NCBI RefSeq assembly: GCF_040938485.1
Contig: NW_027271431.1
Location: 2,852,001 to 2,916,000 of the forward strand
Length of the DNA: 64,000 nt
Direction: 5' to 3'
DNA from: Diadema antillarum
Taxonomy: Eukaryota
Position 1 is the first letter of the stretch, and each line of letters opens with the position of its first letter. Of the stretch, positions 61,309-64,000 are shown one piece after another. The notes under the pieces were generated by a model. The model saw only the letters and a program-made list of their open reading frames with translations. It was not told the origin of the DNA and did not search any database. A program made the position numbers and the translations under genes.

Positions 61309-62250
61309 CAAAGGTGTCATTGTGGAGCTCTGCCTATACAAGAAGATGTAGCAAACATGTCATCTTGAAACCTTTGCCTGTACAAGAAGAGATAGCAAAG
61401 ATGTCATCGTGGAAGAAGATAATTTGATAGCAAAGGTGTCATCTTGAAACCTTTGCCTATTTTGTACAAGAAGAGATAGCAAAGGTGTCGTCATGGTACC
61501 CTGCCTGTTCAAGATGAGACGCCAAATGTGTTATCTTGGTACCCTGCCTGTATAGGAAGAAACACCAATGTGTTGTTTTGAAACCTTGCCTGTACAGTAA
61601 GAGATAGCAAAGGTGTCATCTTGGTACTGTGCCTGTACAAGAACAATTCCCGGTATTGCCGATGCGCAGAAAACTTCTGTGCACACTGAAGAGCCCTGTC
61701 ACAGATGCACTATGGGATTCCTCGGTGCCATTGTCGCTTCCGGTTATCTCGCGCGCGTTGCAGTTCCCATACTATTCAATGGAGTTATTTGTGTGCTTTT
61801 ACGTTGATACTCCTTTTTTCTTGGCTATAATTCAGCTTTAAAAGAATTGAAATTTTCTAAATTTTACTGATTTGTGGTCACTAGAGTCATGGTTCACTAC
61901 TGCAAGGCTTCAATGTGCTGGTCACATGAGGGAAAGCAAAGAAATCTTCAACAAACAATACCCCTGGATAAAGACAGAACGTGACCTGAGTGCATATGCA
62001 GCCAAAACCGGGGCAAGTTTGTCCCCAGAGCTATCCCATAATGCATCTAAAATGCTGCTCTGCGCACGGCACCAAGGTATTGGCGATACCGAGAATTGCA
62101 AAGGTGTCATCTTTGTACTCTGTCTATACAAGAACAAATAGCAGAGGCAGAATATTGGTACCCTGCTTGTACAAGAAGAAACAGCAAATGTGTCACCTTG
62201 ATACTCTTCCCTTTCAAGAAGACAAAGTAAATGTGTCATCATATGTGCTG
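61266..62250 (+). repeat. 43-bp minisatellite derived from the last 14 codons and stop of RRP8 (12 full or near-full copies + 1 partial)
   Basis: Consensus CAAAGGTGTCATCTTGAAACCCTGCCTATACAAGAAGAGATAG; unit starts 61266, 61309, 61352, 61396, 61431, 61480, 61523, 61566, 61608, 62099, 62142, 62185, 62228. Confidence 0.92.
61649..62093. mobile_element. 445-bp MITE with AATT TSD (Sola1-like) inserted in the RRP8 minisatellite
   Basis: AATT|CCCGGTATTGCCGAT ... ATTGGCGATACCGAG|AATT; subterminal inverted AGATGCA(C/T)TATGGGAT. Removing it restores a 42-bp repeat unit. Confidence 0.75.
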
Positions 62251-62750
62251 TGGTGTCTCTTGTTTTCTTTATGAAGTTTTTGACTGCATAGCCACCTCCA
62301 AATGTGAGATGTCCTTTTCAAATTACAGCTTGCCAAAAGGAATACAAGCAGATGAAAACAAACTTTGAGCTATAAAAATCACGTCTGTGTTTTAAATCTT
62401 GTTATTTTTGCCTTTTCGTCTGCTTCCAACAATCAACTCAAGTATTTTGATGAAAAATGGCAGCACCATAGTTGATCCCTGTTAAATACATGGACACAAA
62501 ATAACTCAGACATTCAGTCCATGATGTGAGGTTCTTTTATTGGATGCTTTAATGATCGGCTTGCATGAGTGTTCTTACGTGCAACAGAGGGCCTTCGTTA
62601 CTTCTGTAAATGACGTAATGTGACTGACCTACTAATTGTCGTCTGCTATAGTCTGCATACATTTTAATCCCAAAGTGAAACACGCTCAGTCCAGCCTAGA
62701 ACGTCTTCCTGTGTGGTGAATGAGTCCTGCCATTCAAGGTATGATCTTAA

Positions 62751-62835
62751 CCCATTGAGGATGGGCTAATTTTGCTACAACACACATTCTCCATAGACAC
62801 CTGCCCGAGTGTACTCGGGACTCGCCTTCAACGGG
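62751..62835. mobile_element. 85-bp piggyBac-like micro-MITE
   Basis: TTAA|CCCATTGAGG ... CCTTCAACGGG|TTAA, with internal hairpin CCCGAGT-GT-ACTCGGG. Confidence 0.75.
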
Positions 62836-64000
62836 TTAACGCTCTTGTTTTCTAAAACCTAATGTCCTACACATTCTGATGGCAACCGGGAAATGAAACA
62901 TACTACAATCGAAAAAAAGAAATCTCTTTATCTTAAGGTTACTGGAAGATACCATAGGCATATGAACAAATGACAGCAAGTTGACTACCATGGAGTCACA
63001 CTGTCCTGGAAAGTACACAAGATGGCATAACGAATATGAACATTTTCAATTTTTAAGATTAACTATCCTATTGCTAAATGAATAAACTGAGTATTCATCC
63101 TGAGTTACGAGTAGTTGAGTAGTTTCAATGCAAGTTTAGAAATACATGTTTATAAAGTTGCCTCAGGAAATACTCTGACACAAACATGCTCTATGACTTC
63201 CACATCTTTCATTGGAGCTAAAGGACTGTCTGCAGTCCTACCTACAGGGTTCCATGTTAGCGAGATTTCATTATAACAGTAACATATTTTCGTTCCCGAG
63301 TATTTCATTTGTTGATGTTTATCTGAATTGTTTTCTATCTTGTGTAATTTATGACCCTGCTAGAGGTCCACCACGATTATTGTGTTCTTGTCTACACAAG
63401 CTGAATGCATGCTTCCTACAGGTCTTTTGTTTTTAGCATGCTTATTATCTGTTCATGTGTAGAAGTCAATGGAGCATTCTGACATTTTTAGATTTGAATA
63501 CAATGCCATGTCTTTTGATAATTTTACTTGCAAAATAGATTCTAAAAAATGAAGTTTGTATTACTTCTTTATTTCTGTAATCATATTGAATACAGCTTAC
63601 AGTGTACTATTTGGAGGAAAATACATTTTAAGCAATCCTGTCTTTTATCCACAGTGTGAAATGTTTTATTTTATACATATGAGTATATTTGAAATATAAA
63701 ATGATTTGTCAAAGGCATCATTAGAAGTTGAAACTCGGTCTGTCTAAAAGTGTCCTTGAAATCATAGAGGGGAATGAAACCCAAATATACATGTGGATTG
63801 GGTGAATGCAGCAATATCAGTAAAACACAATAGTGAAAGAATGTGGAAAATCAGACAAACTACATGTAATGAAAAAATAAGAATGTTAAAGTTTTGGTGC
63901 AGCCATCACTGCATCAAAGCTAGAAAAGTGAATAATAGGATGGATTTTTTTCATATTTTTTCCATACACAATGTCAGAAAGTGTTGTAGCCTTCTCATCC

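Noticed and set aside
61266-62250. CRISPR-like appearance of the 43-bp array (also the 23-bp and 159-bp arrays)
   Set aside because: Units are contiguous with no unique spacers, there are no cas genes, and the context is a spliced eukaryotic gene.
62836-63018. Possible last exon of a minus-strand gene entering from the right (acceptor TACTTTCCAG at ~63005)
   Set aside because: No recognisable peptide in any frame and no further exons in the remaining 1 kb.

Overview
AT-rich eukaryotic genomic DNA with GT-AG spliceosomal introns and CpG-depleted gene bodies. It most likely comes from a marine invertebrate deuterostome, probably echinoderm-like; this is inferred from intron positions and TE families and is not proven. 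I could assemble three complete housekeeping genes by hand in open frame: TDRD3 (+, 13 coding exons, 18723-34184, ~933 aa), glucosamine-6-phosphate deaminase GNPDA (-, 5 coding exons, 50349-43703, 281 aa) and RRP8/nucleomethylin (+, 6 exons, 55836-61308, ~518 aa). GNPDA and RRP8 are head-to-head around a CpG-rich promoter. The first ~10.6 kb holds the 5' end of an unidentified minus-strand gene that appears to have several alternative first exons. The rest is mostly TE-derived: a long open RT+RNase H LINE ORF, CR1, Rex1-like and L2/Crack-like LINE remnants, tRNA-SINEs, Helentron-like HINEs, and many MITEs (Tc1/pogo, Kolobok, PIF/Harbinger, piggyBac, Sola1-like). There is no prokaryote-type system (CRISPR, operon) and I cannot support a new multi-gene system. 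The most unusual signals are: (i) a 13-copy minisatellite built from the last 14 codons and stop of RRP8; (ii) a minisatellite built from a GNPDA splice-acceptor tract; (iii) a cassette of phase-0 alternative first exons; (iv) five ATCC motifs phased at exactly 10 bp; (v) a HINE carrying six perfect DR1 nuclear-receptor elements. All exon and TE boundaries were read by eye and TE family names are motif-based.
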